Shown here: one piece after another, positions 8,474-19,807 of the stretch
How the letters are laid out: each line of letters starts with the position of its first letter
Numbering within the stretch: the stretch's first letter is position 1
Assembly: GCA_963765765.1 (NCBI GenBank)
Contig: CAVXYC010000015.1
Coordinates: forward strand, 160,001 to 224,000
Source of the DNA: an uncultured Chloroflexia bacterium
GTDB lineage: Bacteria > Chloroflexota > UBA6077 > JACCZL01
Length of the DNA stretch: 64,000 nucleotides
Direction of reading: 5' to 3'
The notes under the pieces: model-generated
The model's database searches: none
Seen by the model: the letters and a program-made list of their open reading frames with translations, nothing else
Told to the model about the DNA's origin: nothing
Program-made: the position numbers and the translations under genes

Positions 8474-10186
8474 ATGCCGTACGACCTGCTCATCAAGAAC
8501 GGTACGGTGATCGACGGCTCCGGCATGCCGCGTTTTCGCGCGGATGTCGGTGTGAGCCGTGGCAAGATCGCGCGCATCGGCCGCATCCGCGAGGCTGCCA
8601 GGGAAGTCATTGACGCCGAGGGCCATGTGGTCGCACCTGGCTTCGTCGACGGCCATACGCACATGGATGCGCAGGTTTTCTGGGATCCGCTCGGCACCTC
8701 GTCGTGCTATCACGGCATCACCAGTGTGGTCATGGGTAATTGCGGGTTCACGCTGGCGCCCTGCGCCGACGAGGACAAGCATCTCGTGGTGCGTAATCTC
8801 CAGCGCGCCGAGGACATCCCGCCGGCGGCGATGGAAGCGGGCATCAAGTGGAGCTGGACGACGTACCCGGAATATCTGGAGGCGTTAGAAAAACTGCCGA
8901 AGGGTATCAACTACGCGAGCTACGTCGGTCACTCGGCGATTCGTACGTTTGTGATGGGTGAGCGCGCCTATAGCGAAACCGCGAGCGAAGACGATCTCAG
9001 GGCCATGGAACAACAAGTGCGCGACGCGATTAGCGCGGGCGCCGTCGGCTTCACCACGTCGCGCTCACCCGCCCACGAAACGCCGGAAGCCATGCCCGTG
9101 GCTAGCCGCAAAGCGGCGTGGGAAGAAGTGCGCCGGCTGGTCAACGTGATGGGTGATCTGGGCGCGGGGCTATTCGAAATCGCCGGCGAAGGCGTGGATC
9201 GCACCGCGGGTGACCCAGGTGTGCGCGAGTACCATGAACGGCTGCGCGATCTCGCGGTCGAATCCGGCCGCCCTATTACTTTCGGCGTCTTCAGCCGCCG
9301 CAACGTGCCCGGCACCTGGCAACAGTACCTCGACCTCCTGGACGAGACGGCCGCCGCGGGCGGTCGCATGTTCGCGCAAGTGCACACACGTGCGCTGTCC
9401 GCTCTCGTGTCGTTCAAAACGCAAACGCCATTCGATCGCCTGCCAGTCTGGAAAGACATACGCGCGTTACCGGACGCGGAACAACAAGCCAGGCTCGCCG
9501 ACCCGGCGCTGCGCCAAGCGCTGATCGAGAATTCCAGTGCACGGACGGACCGCGAAGCTCGCGGCACGGAAGCTCAGCCGGCCGACTACGACTGGCTGTT
9601 CGTGCTCGACACCGTCGAAGGCCCGCACCGCTCGGTGGCCGAGGTGGCGCGCGAACGCGGCCAGCATCCAGCCGAGACCATGATCGAGCTCGCACTGGAA
9701 AAGGACCTGAACCAGTTTTTCCTGCAGCCCATTGCCAACGAAGATCAGGACATCGCGCTCACACTCATGCGTCACCCGCGCACGGTGACCACCTTCTCCG
9801 ATTCTGGCGCGCACGTCTCGCAGCTCATGGATTCCTCGCTGCAGACGCACCTGCTGTATCACTGGGTGCGCACCAAGCAGGCGTTCACGCTAGAACAGGC
9901 CGTGCGCATGCTCTCGTTCGTGCCCGCGACGTCCTGGGGCTTTCACGACCGTGGTTTGCTCCGCGAAGGCATGGCCGCCGATATCGTGGTGTTCGACCCG
10001 GACACCATCATGGCGGAACTTCCCGAAGTGGTGGATGACCTGCCCGCGGGCGCGCGCCGCCTAGTCCAGCGCACACGTGGCGTAAAGGCCACCGTCGTCA
10101 ACGGCGAAGTGTTGCTATGCGATGGCGAACACACCGGTGCGCTGCCGGGCAAGCTGCTGCGCGGGCCGTTGGGGCAAATGGCTTAA
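8474..10186 (+). CDS. N-acyl-D-amino-acid deacylase-like amidohydrolase
   Basis: DLLIKNGTVIDGSG, APGFVDGHTHMD, VVMGNCG, SDSGAH, DRGLLREGMAADIVVFD. Confidence 0.92.
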   Translation: MPYDLLIKNGTVIDGSGMPRFRADVGVSRGKIARIGRIREAAREVIDAEGHVVAPGFVDGHTHMDAQVFWDPLGTSSCYHGITSVVMGNCGFTLAPCADEDKHLVVRNLQRAEDIPPAAMEAGIKWSWTTYPEYLEALEKLPKGINYASYVGHSAIRTFVMGERAYSETASEDDLRAMEQQVRDAISAGAVGFTTSRSPAHETPEAMPVASRKAAWEEVRRLVNVMGDLGAGLFEIAGEGVDRTAGDPGVREYHERLRDLAVESGRPITFGVFSRRNVPGTWQQYLDLLDETAAAGGRMFAQVHTRALSALVSFKTQTPFDRLPVWKDIRALPDAEQQARLADPALRQALIENSSARTDREARGTEAQPADYDWLFVLDTVEGPHRSVAEVARERGQHPAETMIELALEKDLNQFFLQPIANEDQDIALTLMRHPRTVTTFSDSGAHVSQLMDSSLQTHLLYHWVRTKQAFTLEQAVRMLSFVPATSWGFHDRGLLREGMAADIVVFDPDTIMAELPEVVDDLPAGARRLVQRTRGVKATVVNGEVLLCDGEHTGALPGKLLRGPLGQMA

Positions 10187-10253
10187 CAAAAACGTGGGCC
10201 CAGGAGTGGGCATCGGCTCCAACTAATTCGTGGATTGATGCGATATTTCAGTC

Positions 10254-10344
10254 GTAGGGCGTCCCTTCACGGGGCGCCCACCGGCATCTTGCATTGCGAT
10301 CGGCCGTCCGAGAGACCGAAGGGCGCCCGTGAAGGGACGGCTAC
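10254..10344. repeat. GTAG-type REP doublet (family B)
   Basis: GTAGGGCGTCCCTTCACGGGGCGCCC ... GGGCGCCCGTGAAGGGACGGCTAC. Confidence 0.7.
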
Positions 10345-10375
10345 GAGACTCCAAGCAGGCTATGGCCTCCGCCTT

Positions 10376-10491
10376 TTGGAGTGCGCGTGGCCGCGACACC
10401 GCTTTCCCTTCCGCGATCGCTTCGGACAAGAGCATCTGGAATGTGGACATTCGCCGAAAAGAAAGTGGTGTCGCGGCCACGCGCACTCCAA
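10376..10491. repeat. GGAG-type REP doublet (family C)
   Basis: TTGGAGTGCGCGTGGCCGCGACACCGCTTT ... AAAGTGGTGTCGCGGCCACGCGCACTCCAA; related copy at 37566-37655. Confidence 0.7.
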
Positions 10492-10891
10492 GAAAGGGCA
10501 TGGCGGATCCACGGATGCGCCCAAGAGTGCCACACGTGACCCTGGAGACGCGCCTGGCCGGGCCGACAGCTCTCTTGAGGCGAGCGTTGACCGACGAGCC
10601 AGTCGGACGGTGTCGACAGACGCCAGCCCACGTCCCAGAGACGAGAGGCCTTTGCCGCGTGATGAATAGCGGGGAAGTTATTTCTCCGATGGCCAGGTAA
10701 CTAGTGCCCTCCGGGTCTCGGATTCAGAAATGTCCGCGTTCAGCCTTACCTCATCGCAATCGGAACATCTTGTGTAACAAGTGGGTAGCCCTTACACTCC
10801 GTCCATCAAATGTTCTGGATGGCTCTCTGCGCCTATATTTCGTTTGATGTACATACGGTGATCCGGCGATTTTGCGCGAAGGGCTGCCTGC

Positions 10892-12043
10892 ATGACTTAC
10901 CGGCTTCGGTCGAATCACTACCAACCCTGGACCACGTTGATACTGGCTATAGTTGCCCTTTCGGCTATCGCGGCTCCGTGGCAAGACGACAGTGTTCGCG
11001 CCGCCGGACGCACCGAGTTTCTCGATATTAGTTTTGAGCTGCCCGGTGCAGATTGGTCACCCGTCAGCGACCCCCTTCCGGGCGCTCAGCTGGATCGCCT
11101 CGTACAGTACGTGCGAGAGCAGTCTCCCCATGAGCAGCTGGTGACTATTTGGTCCCTGCCTGTCCAGGCTTCTGCTAGTCGAGCGGCGGTCGCTGCCGGC
11201 GTATTCGGTGCCTTCCGGCAGGTACAGTCTGAAGAGGGTCGCATCGATGCCGCGGCACCGACGCAACGGAGTATCGCTGGACGATCTCACCCGGTGATGA
11301 CCTTCCGGCTCGTACACGATGATGGAGTGTTCGTCCGCGATGGGCTCTATCTCATCTATTTCTCCGACGACTTTGAGCAGCGTCAGCGAGTTCATGTCCT
11401 TTCGTGGTTCGATAACCATTCGTCAGATGTAGCTGCCAGCGCTCTGGACGATTTCGACGCCATTGTCGCGAGCCTGGAGGTGATGGCAGTGGGTTCGCCT
11501 CTGCAATCGGACGACTTCTCGGTTGTATCACCGGGAACCTTCTCGCCGGGCAGCACCCGCCCGGAACGCTACGTTGATGGCGAGTATGTGCTGTCCAATA
11601 CCGAAACCGCGTCCGGGTTCACGGTGGTGACAGAGCGGCGATTTGTGGATAGCTCCGTCGCGTTTGACGCGCGCTTCACCAGTGACACGCCGAACCAGAA
11701 CGTGCAGATAGTGTGTCGACGCAATCTCACCAACGGGACGATGAACGGCTACTACGTCCGTTTATTCCCGTTCTCGGGGCGGGTGGACGTTACCCGACGA
11801 GATAGCGACAAAACGACTGTGCTTGCTTCGCGCCAGTCGCCAGTGAATCAGCTCGGCGAGACGCCCGTGCACCTGGAGCTGATTTGCAGTGGCGGATCGA
11901 TTATCGCCAGCGTCAACGGTACCCGCGTCGTGCGGGTGGAAGATGACACCTTTACCGAAGGGACCATGGGGCTGGGAATCGTGGCCCCTCTGGGTTCGGT
12001 AGCCGAAGCGCGGTTCGACAATTTCGTGATCACCCAGCGCTGA
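10892..12043 (+). CDS. Secreted protein with C-terminal DUF1080/ConA-like beta-sandwich domain
   Basis: Hydrophobic signal-like N-terminus; C-terminal ...IIASVNGTRVVRVEDDTFTEGTMGLG...ARFDNFVI. Confidence 0.65.
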   Translation: MTYRLRSNHYQPWTTLILAIVALSAIAAPWQDDSVRAAGRTEFLDISFELPGADWSPVSDPLPGAQLDRLVQYVREQSPHEQLVTIWSLPVQASASRAAVAAGVFGAFRQVQSEEGRIDAAAPTQRSIAGRSHPVMTFRLVHDDGVFVRDGLYLIYFSDDFEQRQRVHVLSWFDNHSSDVAASALDDFDAIVASLEVMAVGSPLQSDDFSVVSPGTFSPGSTRPERYVDGEYVLSNTETASGFTVVTERRFVDSSVAFDARFTSDTPNQNVQIVCRRNLTNGTMNGYYVRLFPFSGRVDVTRRDSDKTTVLASRQSPVNQLGETPVHLELICSGGSIIASVNGTRVVRVEDDTFTEGTMGLGIVAPLGSVAEARFDNFVITQR

Positions 12044-12442
12044 GTCTCGCGCCAGGTGGCATGACGGCAAGTCACTTTCGGCCAATGATGCAGGAACAAA
12101 GCGGATGGATCGGGCCGTTAGGGGCGGAATGACTTACAGAGCCGCTGTCTGGGCTTCATATCCCCCGTCTGCCCGCCGCTGGTGGACGACAGTGATCGCG
12201 CTTATTGCCCTGGACATCTCTAGGACGTTGCGGAAAGCCCCGGCCACTGGCGGCCGACGCCACGCGGGATGATCGGGTTCGTGTTCTTCGCTGGCTCCAT
12301 TTCCTACTCCCTTCCCCTGGCGCTACCCCCGCCCCCTTTGGGGGGCAGATTGAAATGACCGCGGCGGGAGCCGCTACAGCACATACCTGCCGTGAACGCG
12401 ACGACGCGTGAGAAAATCGGGCGTCCTCCTGACTGGCTTCTT

Positions 12443-14021
12443 TCAGTGTCCGAAGCGGAGCGCACGGCCGGGAAGTGCCCCGGTGTGCGCGCCGTTGTCA
12501 ACAACGATCTTGCCGTTCACGATGACGTAGGGAATCCCTAGCGGGTACTGCTTGGGCTGTTGCGGTGTCGCGGTGGCCTTCACGGTGGCTGGGTCGAAGA
12601 TCACGACATCCGCCTTCATGCCGTCTCGGAGCAGTCCGCGGTCCCGTAGGCCAAGCCGCTGTGCGGGAAATGAGGTCATCTTGCGAATCGCCTCCGGCAG
12701 TTGCAGATGCTTCTCCGCACGCACGAACTCAGCCAGGATTACCGGGAAGCACCCATAGGTGCGCGGACTGGGGTACTCACCGAACAGGATGGCGTCGCTG
12801 CCCACCATGCCACACGGGTGGGACACGAACGCCGGCAATGTCTGGGGATTGGTACCGACTGAGATGATGCAGAGGCTGTGGCCCTCGCTCCGCATGAGGT
12901 CGAGGAAGGCGTCCAACGGGTCCTGGCCGCGCTCCCGGGAGATGTCAAGCAGCGAGCGCCCTTCGTACGCCACGTTCTCAGGCCTCCGGAAATTGGTGAG
13001 CCACCCCTCGCTGGTGCGCCCCAGGGAGTTGCGCGCCAGCATCTCCTGGCGGAGGCGGGCCCGTTCTTGCGGCGAATCGAGGACTGCCCGAAAGTCGCTC
13101 CGGGCCGCCGTCCATCGTCCAGCCTGGTAGACAGATGTTGGCGCGGGTGCTGCCGTACACGTAGGGATAACAGTCGAAGGTGACGTCCATCCCCTCGTCG
13201 CGACTGCGCTCCACCAGACCCAGGTAGTCCAGGTGCGAGCCGTCGCCCTGCGAGCCCTGGCGGTAATGGGTGAAGTGCACGCCGATGCCGCCTGCGCGCC
13301 CAATCTCGAGCGCCTCAAGCCACGGCGCCAAAAGCCCCTGCGCTCGGAGGAGCCCACGCGTGTGCGTGTGATAGAAGCCGCCCACGCGCGCCACCACCTG
13401 AGACAACTCGATCAGCTCGTTGGTGTCGGCGTATGACCCCGGCGGATAGTCAAGACCAGTGGACAGGCCGAAGGCCCCTTCCTCGCAGACCTCGCGGACC
13501 ACGGACTTCATGTCGTCGAGCTCCGCGCGCGTGGCCGGCCGGTCGTTCCAGCCAACCGACCAGATCCGCACGGGTGAGTTCCCGAGGATGAAGCAGATGT
13601 TGACCGCTACCTTGTTGTCAAACATCGAGAGCTGCCCGGCCATGGTGAGCCAGTCGGCCGGCATCGGGGGCTCGCCATTGAGCCCGGAGTCAAGCTCAAT
13701 GTAGCGGTGCAGGTCTTCGCGAGTCTTGAACGGCGCGTGCGAATTGCCGTCGATGCCGATGAGCTCGGTGGTGACACCCTGCCGAACTTTCGGCTCGTGC
13801 CGCGGTTCGGTCAGGATCGTCAGACCCGCATGCGAATGCATATCGATGAAGCCCGGCGCGACGACGTGACTGCTGGCGTCCACCGTGCGCGAGGCGACTA
13901 GCGCACTGCTATCGCCCCTGAAGATACGAAGAACATCCCCTTCCACTCCCACAGTGGCGTAGTAACCGGGATTCCCGCTGCCGTCAATGATGAGGCCGTT
14001 GCGAATGATCAGATTGAGCAT
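12443..14021 (-). CDS. D-aminoacylase family amidohydrolase (frameshift near 13090)
   Basis: LIIRNGLIIDGSG, APGFIDMHSH, GLSTGLDYPPG in one frame; MVGSDA, PRTYGCFP, DRGLLRDGMKADVVIFD in the other. Confidence 0.9.
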
Positions 14022-14285
14022 AGGGCCCCCTCCAGCGGGCTTCACTGAGGACGATGGCAGGGTGAGTCTCGCACGAGCGGCACGTGCCCGGCGAGCACGC
14101 CGGCCGATCGCACTATCCCCAGGATCCGCACGGATGAGAGGCCGTGCAACGCAGGACCCTTTCAGTGGGGCCTCCCTAGGAATCGCCCGCCAACGGTTCG
14201 GGACGTCCAGGTCCTCGGTCGCTGATTGCTCGCTGATCGGGGCATGATGGCATAGTGTGCAGCCAGCAGAACGGAGGCGCGTCCC

Positions 14286-14846
14286 ATGGCACGCATACCA
14301 CTCATCGACTCGAAAGATCAGCTATCCGAGGCGGACCAGGCCATCTATGCCGAGACGCTGCGCATGCCCGGGGTCACTCAGCAGATCACCGGGCCACAGC
14401 GTCTGGTCCTGCGGAATGCAAAGCTCAATCACGCTTTCCAGGTGTTCGTTAGCGCGCTGCGCACCGAGACCACGGTGACCGAGCTGGATCACGAGCTGGC
14501 CATTCTGGCTACCGTGCGCGAGATGCGTAGCGCCTACCCCTGGGGTGCGCACGTGATCCGCGCACGGGAAGCCGGCGTTTCGGAAACCGCCATCGAGGTG
14601 ATTCGGAGTCGTGCCGCCGCGGACCGACTTCCGGCCGCGGATGCCGACATCGTTATGTACGCGCGGCAGCTCGCGCGCGACGGTCAGGCCGAGCAGGCCG
14701 TGTTCGACCGTCTCCTGTCGGCGCACGACGAGCGCTGGCTCATGGAGCTCACGCTGCTGATCTCATGGTATTGCGGCATCGCCACATTCGCGAATGCCTT
14801 CGAGATCGAGCCAGGGGAAGGCGCGGATCCGTTGCCATCTGACTAA
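14286..14846 (+). CDS. Carboxymuconolactone decarboxylase/AhpD-like protein
   Basis: ELAILATVREMRSAYPWGAHVIRAREAGVS...ELTLLISWY. Confidence 0.85.
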   Translation: MARIPLIDSKDQLSEADQAIYAETLRMPGVTQQITGPQRLVLRNAKLNHAFQVFVSALRTETTVTELDHELAILATVREMRSAYPWGAHVIRAREAGVSETAIEVIRSRAAADRLPAADADIVMYARQLARDGQAEQAVFDRLLSAHDERWLMELTLLISWYCGIATFANAFEIEPGEGADPLPSD

Positions 14847-14893
14847 CTGCTCGGAAGTCCAGGCGAAGCGGAGCAGTCGAGGGCGGATGAAAC

Positions 14894-16267
14894 TTAGTTT
14901 GATTTCGCCCGCGCTCGGCCGCTCCCAGCTCCGCGGAGCGGCTCAAACTCACGTCCGCTTGCATGGATTGCAGGAGCAGCATTGTGGGGCGGACGAACCA
15001 GATAGAGCGCGGCCGCGCAGAGTAGCCAGGTCACCGTCATGAACAGCAAGCTTGGATAGTAGCTCCCAAAGAGATCGGCACTGTAGGCCATCAGCCAGAC
15101 GCCTCCCCATGAGGCAACGATGCCAAATGGGCGGGTGAAGCCAGTGATCCGGCCGAGGTGCAAACGTCCGTAGTATTCGGCCCAGATGGATCCGGAGATG
15201 GCGACGAACCCGCCGACACTCGAGCCAATCAGCAGCGCGTAAGCAAATGCCTGCCAGCCGACCGTTGGATCGGCCAGCATGATGAGGGGCGTGCAAGCGG
15301 CGGTATAGAGCGAAACCGCGATGAGCACAGACCGGATCGGAAAGCGCACAGCAAGCGTGCCCCAGACCAGCTTCAGACTTACGGAAGCAATGCCGAACCC
15401 GGTCAGGCCAAGAATCGCCGCCTCGTTCGAGAATCCATGATCGGCGAGTAGTAGAGACATATTCGTTGGCATGGCCGTCTGGCTCAGCATGCCCAACGAC
15501 ATCCCAACGACCAGGATCCAGAATCCGGAGCTATCGAGTGCTTGTTGGGCGGTCATGCTGGACTCTTGCCTCGGTACACCGTTCGAGCTCTGCGCTGACG
15601 GCGCGAGATCGCCATCCGGGCGTAGCCCGATGTCTTCAGGCTGGCGACGTATCAAGAATGCCGGCAGCGTCGTGACGATGAATGCGATCACCGCCAGTGC
15701 TACCCAGGCGCCCCGCCATCCAAACGACGCCTCCAGCGAAGGAACGAGTATGGGCATCCCGATGGCCGATGACGCGCCACCCATCGTGGTGAGTGCCCCG
15801 GTCAGTCCGCGGAGGCGCACGAACCACTTGGGCACGATGGCCGTACTGATCATGAACCCTTGAAGGATCCCCGCGACGCCTCCCAGAATTCCAAAGAGGG
15901 CTAAGAACTGCCATTCAGTGGTGGCCAGGCTGATGAGTGCCAGCCCAGTGCACGAGATCACTCCGCCAATGACCGCCAGGATAAGGGCGCCATGTTCGCG
16001 GTCGACATAATGGCCAAATAGCGGCGAGATCACGATGCCCATCAACCCGCGCAGGGCAACAGCTCCCAGTACCGCGGAGCGGCTCCAGCCCACGTCCGCT
16101 TGCATGGATGGCAGAAGCAGCCCCGCCACAAATCCCAGTCCCAGGCTGAAGAAGCCCATGCAGAAGGCGATCGCCACGATGATCCACCCGTAGAAGAACG
16201 GCAGTCGGGCTTGCCAGGGTGGATTGCTAACGACAGTCGATCTCAGGGTGAGCTCCGTTGATGCCAC
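14894..16267 (-). CDS. MFS transporter
   Basis: About 12 hydrophobic segments; FFYGWIIV, KWFVRLRG, FGWRGAW, AEYYGRLHLGRITG. Confidence 0.92.
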   Translation of the reverse strand: MASTELTLRSTVVSNPPWQARLPFFYGWIIVAIAFCMGFFSLGLGFVAGLLLPSMQADVGWSRSAVLGAVALRGLMGIVISPLFGHYVDREHGALILAVIGGVISCTGLALISLATTEWQFLALFGILGGVAGILQGFMISTAIVPKWFVRLRGLTGALTTMGGASSAIGMPILVPSLEASFGWRGAWVALAVIAFIVTTLPAFLIRRQPEDIGLRPDGDLAPSAQSSNGVPRQESSMTAQQALDSSGFWILVVGMSLGMLSQTAMPTNMSLLLADHGFSNEAAILGLTGFGIASVSLKLVWGTLAVRFPIRSVLIAVSLYTAACTPLIMLADPTVGWQAFAYALLIGSSVGGFVAISGSIWAEYYGRLHLGRITGFTRPFGIVASWGGVWLMAYSADLFGSYYPSLLFMTVTWLLCAAALYLVRPPHNAAPAIHASGREFEPLRGAGSGRARAKSN

Positions 16268-16405
16268 GGATGTCGTGGCGCATGCGAGAAGATCATCGAG
16301 TCAGCGCCTGACCGGGTCAAGTGATTTGCGATGCACTCAAAGCGCCCGGGCGGTGAAGGTCATCACGAACCGCTAGAATCAAAAACTACAACGGAGGGCT
16401 TTCGC

Positions 16406-17695
16406 ATGTTACGCGCTGAAGAGAATGCTCGACTGACCCAGACAGGGCCGGGAACGCCAATGGGAAACCTGCTTCGGCGCTACTGGCTGCCCGCACTCAA
16501 GGCGTCTGAGATTCCATCGCCAGATTCGCCTCCAGTTCGATTGCAGCTCCTGAGTGAGAACCTGGTTGCCTTCCGCGACACCAATGGAGACATTGGCATC
16601 GTTGCAGAGAATTGCCCTCATCGTGGAGCATCGCTGTTCTTCGGGCGGAATGAAGAGGCCGGCATCCGCTGTGTCTATCACGGTTGGAAGTTCGATACCT
16701 CCGGCGCATGTGTGGACATGCCCAATGAGCCACCGGAATCAAACTTCAAGCACAAGGTGCGGGTGACGGCATACCCGGCGCGCGAGGCGGGTGGACTGAT
16801 CTGGGTGTACATGGGACCCGCCGGCACCGAGACGGCTATGCCCGAGCTCGAGTGGCTTGGACTGCCATCAGACCACTACTACATCACCAAGCGCTACCAG
16901 CGGTGCAACTACCTCCAGAACGTTGAAGGCGAGCTCGACTCGAGCCACGTTTCGTATCTCCATAGTCGAATAGGCGGGAACGCCTACGATGACGTGAACA
17001 AGAATAAGTACGACGATCCCAATAAGGGACAGTTCCCGAGCTATATGGCCACGGACAAATCTCCGGTCTTCACCATCGCGGAGACACCCTACGGTTTTGC
17101 CGTGGGCGCCCGTCGGAACGCGGAAGTGGATTCGTATTACTGGCGAATCACCCAGTTCCTCATGCCGTCCTACACGATGATTCCTGCCCCGGTAGGCGGA
17201 CCGGTCAGCTTTACCGGGGCCGTGCCCGTGCGCGCTGACTACATGGTTGGTTTCACCGTCACCTGGCATCCCGACCGACCGCTCAATCGCGACGAGATCG
17301 ATCAGATTGAAATGTGGACGGGGATCCACACGGAAGTGGACCCGGTCACCTTTCAGCCATTGCGCAATAAGGACAACGACTACCTGATCGATCGCCAGGC
17401 CCAGAAAGCCTGGTCGTTTACCGGCATCCGCGGAATTCGTGAGCAGGATCTGGCGGTTCAGGAAGGGATGGGGCCGATCTACGATCGGAGCAAAGAGCGG
17501 CTCGGCACGAGTGATACGGCGATCATAGCCGCGCGTCGGCGCATCTTGCGGGCGCTCAAAGATCTTGAGGAAGGCCGCCTACCCTATGAGGTCCAGGATG
17601 GCAGCGTGTACCGAATTCGGTCGGCTGCCCTGGTCCTTCCCCGCTCGGTCCCGTTCCTGGAGGGCGCAAAAGAGGCTCTCGTAGCCACGGCCTGA
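16406..17695 (+). CDS. Rieske non-heme iron oxygenase alpha subunit (phthalate 4,5-dioxygenase/LigX-like), paralog 1
   Basis: CPHRGASLFFGRNEEAGIRCVYHGW Rieske motif; EGELDSSHVSYLH; EQDLAVQEGMG. Confidence 0.93.
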   Translation: MLRAEENARLTQTGPGTPMGNLLRRYWLPALKASEIPSPDSPPVRLQLLSENLVAFRDTNGDIGIVAENCPHRGASLFFGRNEEAGIRCVYHGWKFDTSGACVDMPNEPPESNFKHKVRVTAYPAREAGGLIWVYMGPAGTETAMPELEWLGLPSDHYYITKRYQRCNYLQNVEGELDSSHVSYLHSRIGGNAYDDVNKNKYDDPNKGQFPSYMATDKSPVFTIAETPYGFAVGARRNAEVDSYYWRITQFLMPSYTMIPAPVGGPVSFTGAVPVRADYMVGFTVTWHPDRPLNRDEIDQIEMWTGIHTEVDPVTFQPLRNKDNDYLIDRQAQKAWSFTGIRGIREQDLAVQEGMGPIYDRSKERLGTSDTAIIAARRRILRALKDLEEGRLPYEVQDGSVYRIRSAALVLPRSVPFLEGAKEALVATA

Positions 17696-17846
17696 CTTCG
17701 GACCAGTATGTAGTCAGTCTCTCCAAGATCCGCGATCGAACCCAATGCTTGGATTCGGTCGCGGATCTTGGTACATCACTAGTTGCCCGCGGACACATGG
17801 AACCTGGAAGCACAATGCTGCCAGGCGCAAGAGTCGAGGAGGACTG

Positions 17847-19640
17847 ATGTTTCGAGATCGAATCGCCGCGCACCGTTTGCTCGGTGTACTCGCAGCCGGC
17901 AGCGTCTTGCTGGCCGCGTGCAGCGGCGGTGGCGCGGCTCCAGTCAAGCCGGAAACCAAGACAGAGGCAAAGCCGACCGCGGCGGTGAGCCAGCCAAAAG
18001 TAGAGTTCCGGCCTAACGCGGCGGCGCAGCCGAAGACTGACGCGCAGCCCAAGGCCGATGAGCCCGTCCGGGCGGTGCCCCCCGCCGCGACGAACCCGAA
18101 GACAAACCGCCTCGTCATGGGGATCGTCCCGCCCGCGTTAGAGACGAACGCGATCCGCGACCTGACGCCTACCATCATCTGGCAGCTCAAGCCGATGTAT
18201 GAGTATCTGCTGATGGTCGACGGGGCCACGGGGAAGCTCGCGCCGGGGCTGGCCACAGAGTGGACCCAGGAGGACGGCGGTAAGAGCTTCCGCATGAAAT
18301 TGCGTAGGGGTGTGCAGTTCCACGACGGCATGGGTGAATTCACCGCTCAGGACGTCGTTTTTACCTGGAAAGATGTCACCGACCCGGCCGCCCAGTACAG
18401 CGACGCGCAGGTCTTCCGCGACATGATCAAGGACATCCAGGTTGTGAACGACTACGAAGTCGTCTTCACGCTGGATCAGAACGCGCCATTCTTCCTGTAC
18501 TGGGTATCACAGGGCCAGGGCGGCTTTGAGATCCGCAGCAAGAAGCACGCGGATGCTATGGGCCCAGTCCCGCCGATAGACCAGCGACCTCTGGCTGGCA
18601 CTGGCCCCTACCAGTTCAAGGAGCGCGCACAGGCACAGTTCATTCGATTCGAACGGGTCCCCTGGTCGCACTGGCGGGTCAATCCGGACTTCCCGGAGTT
18701 CGAGTATCGATTCCAGCGTGAGCCCTCCACTCGGGCTGCCGCTCTCCAGACGGGTGAGACGCACCTGACCGCGTTACCGACGGACCTTCAGAATCAGTCT
18801 GAGAGGGCCGGAATGAAGGTCATTCAGGGATCGGCGGCCGGCCCCGGATCTTCCTGAATCTCTCGTGCTGCTTCATGCAGGACCCGGCCACGCTTTCAGG
18901 CTTGATGTTTCCGGATAGTCCGTTGCTTGACGTAAAGGTCCGCAAGGCGCTGCAAAAGGCCATCAATCTCGACGAGCTAAACAAAGCGTTCTTCGGCGGT
19001 AAGGGCCAGCCCATGGTTCAGACGCACATGCATCCGAACAGCCCGGGCTGGAATCCTGAGTGGGTCTCAAAATTTGCCGATGAGTACGGGTACGACCCAG
19101 CGGCCGCCAGGGCGCTGCTCGCCGAGGCGGGCTATAGCGCGTCGAAGCCGCTGCAGACCAATCTGCACCTCATCGAATCTCCCGCAGTTCCCAGGTACGT
19201 TGGACGTAGTTGAAGCGATCGGTGGCTACTGGCGCGCCGTGGGTGTGCAGCCCGAGATGCCGCAGATCGACGCCGGCGAAATCACGCAACGACAGCGACA
19301 GATGGCGTTCAAGAACGACTTTTTTATCTCTGGGACGAGCTCGGTGGAGTTCATCGGCACGTCGGCATACTGGACGTCGGTGCTGCCTCGAAACAGCGGC
19401 TACGAGGACCCTACGCTCGACGGCCTCTTTCTGAAGATCCGCAGTGAGACGGATGAAGCCAAGCGTACCGAGCTCTGGCGACAGTTGGGCGACTACGCGT
19501 TTGTCACACACCCATCAATCAATCTCTTCTGGCTGCCTGCTGAAGGATTGGTGAATCCACAGATCGTTGGCGAGTACGTCTTCCCAGGCTCCATCACCGG
19601 CACCTGGACGCACGTGGAGTACATCAAGACCGCGAAGTAG
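17847..19640 (+). CDS. ABC substrate-binding lipoprotein, family 5 (frameshifts near 18845 and 19190)
   Basis: Lipobox LAAC; PGLATEW, LRRGVQFHDG, GTGPYQF, DVKVRKAL, YDPAAARALLAEAGY. Confidence 0.88.
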
Positions 19641-19651
19641 ACCGTTTTCGT

Positions 19652-19737
19652 GTAGCACGGGGCCTTGTGCCCTGTGCCTGGAAATCCTCAACCTAAGTAG
19701 GAGAGGTCCAGGCACAGGGCACAAGGCCCCGTGCTAC
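19652..19737. repeat. REPIN-like element, family A (perfect 31-bp inverted arms)
   Basis: GTAGCACGGGGCCTTGTGCCCTGTGCCTGGA and its exact reverse complement at 19707-19737. Confidence 0.85.
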
Positions 19738-19807
19738 GCCTGGTTCGCGCCGTCGATCAAAGGTGCCTGACAATAGCTTGTATCCGGGAATAGGGGGAGT
19801 CTGCACC

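Noticed and set aside
10235-10700. ORFs in the intergenic repeat cluster
   Set aside because: They are translations of palindromic repeats.
18855-18857. TGA in the ABC substrate-binding gene as Sec
   Set aside because: The protein continues in a different frame (IFLNLSCCFMQD); frameshift.
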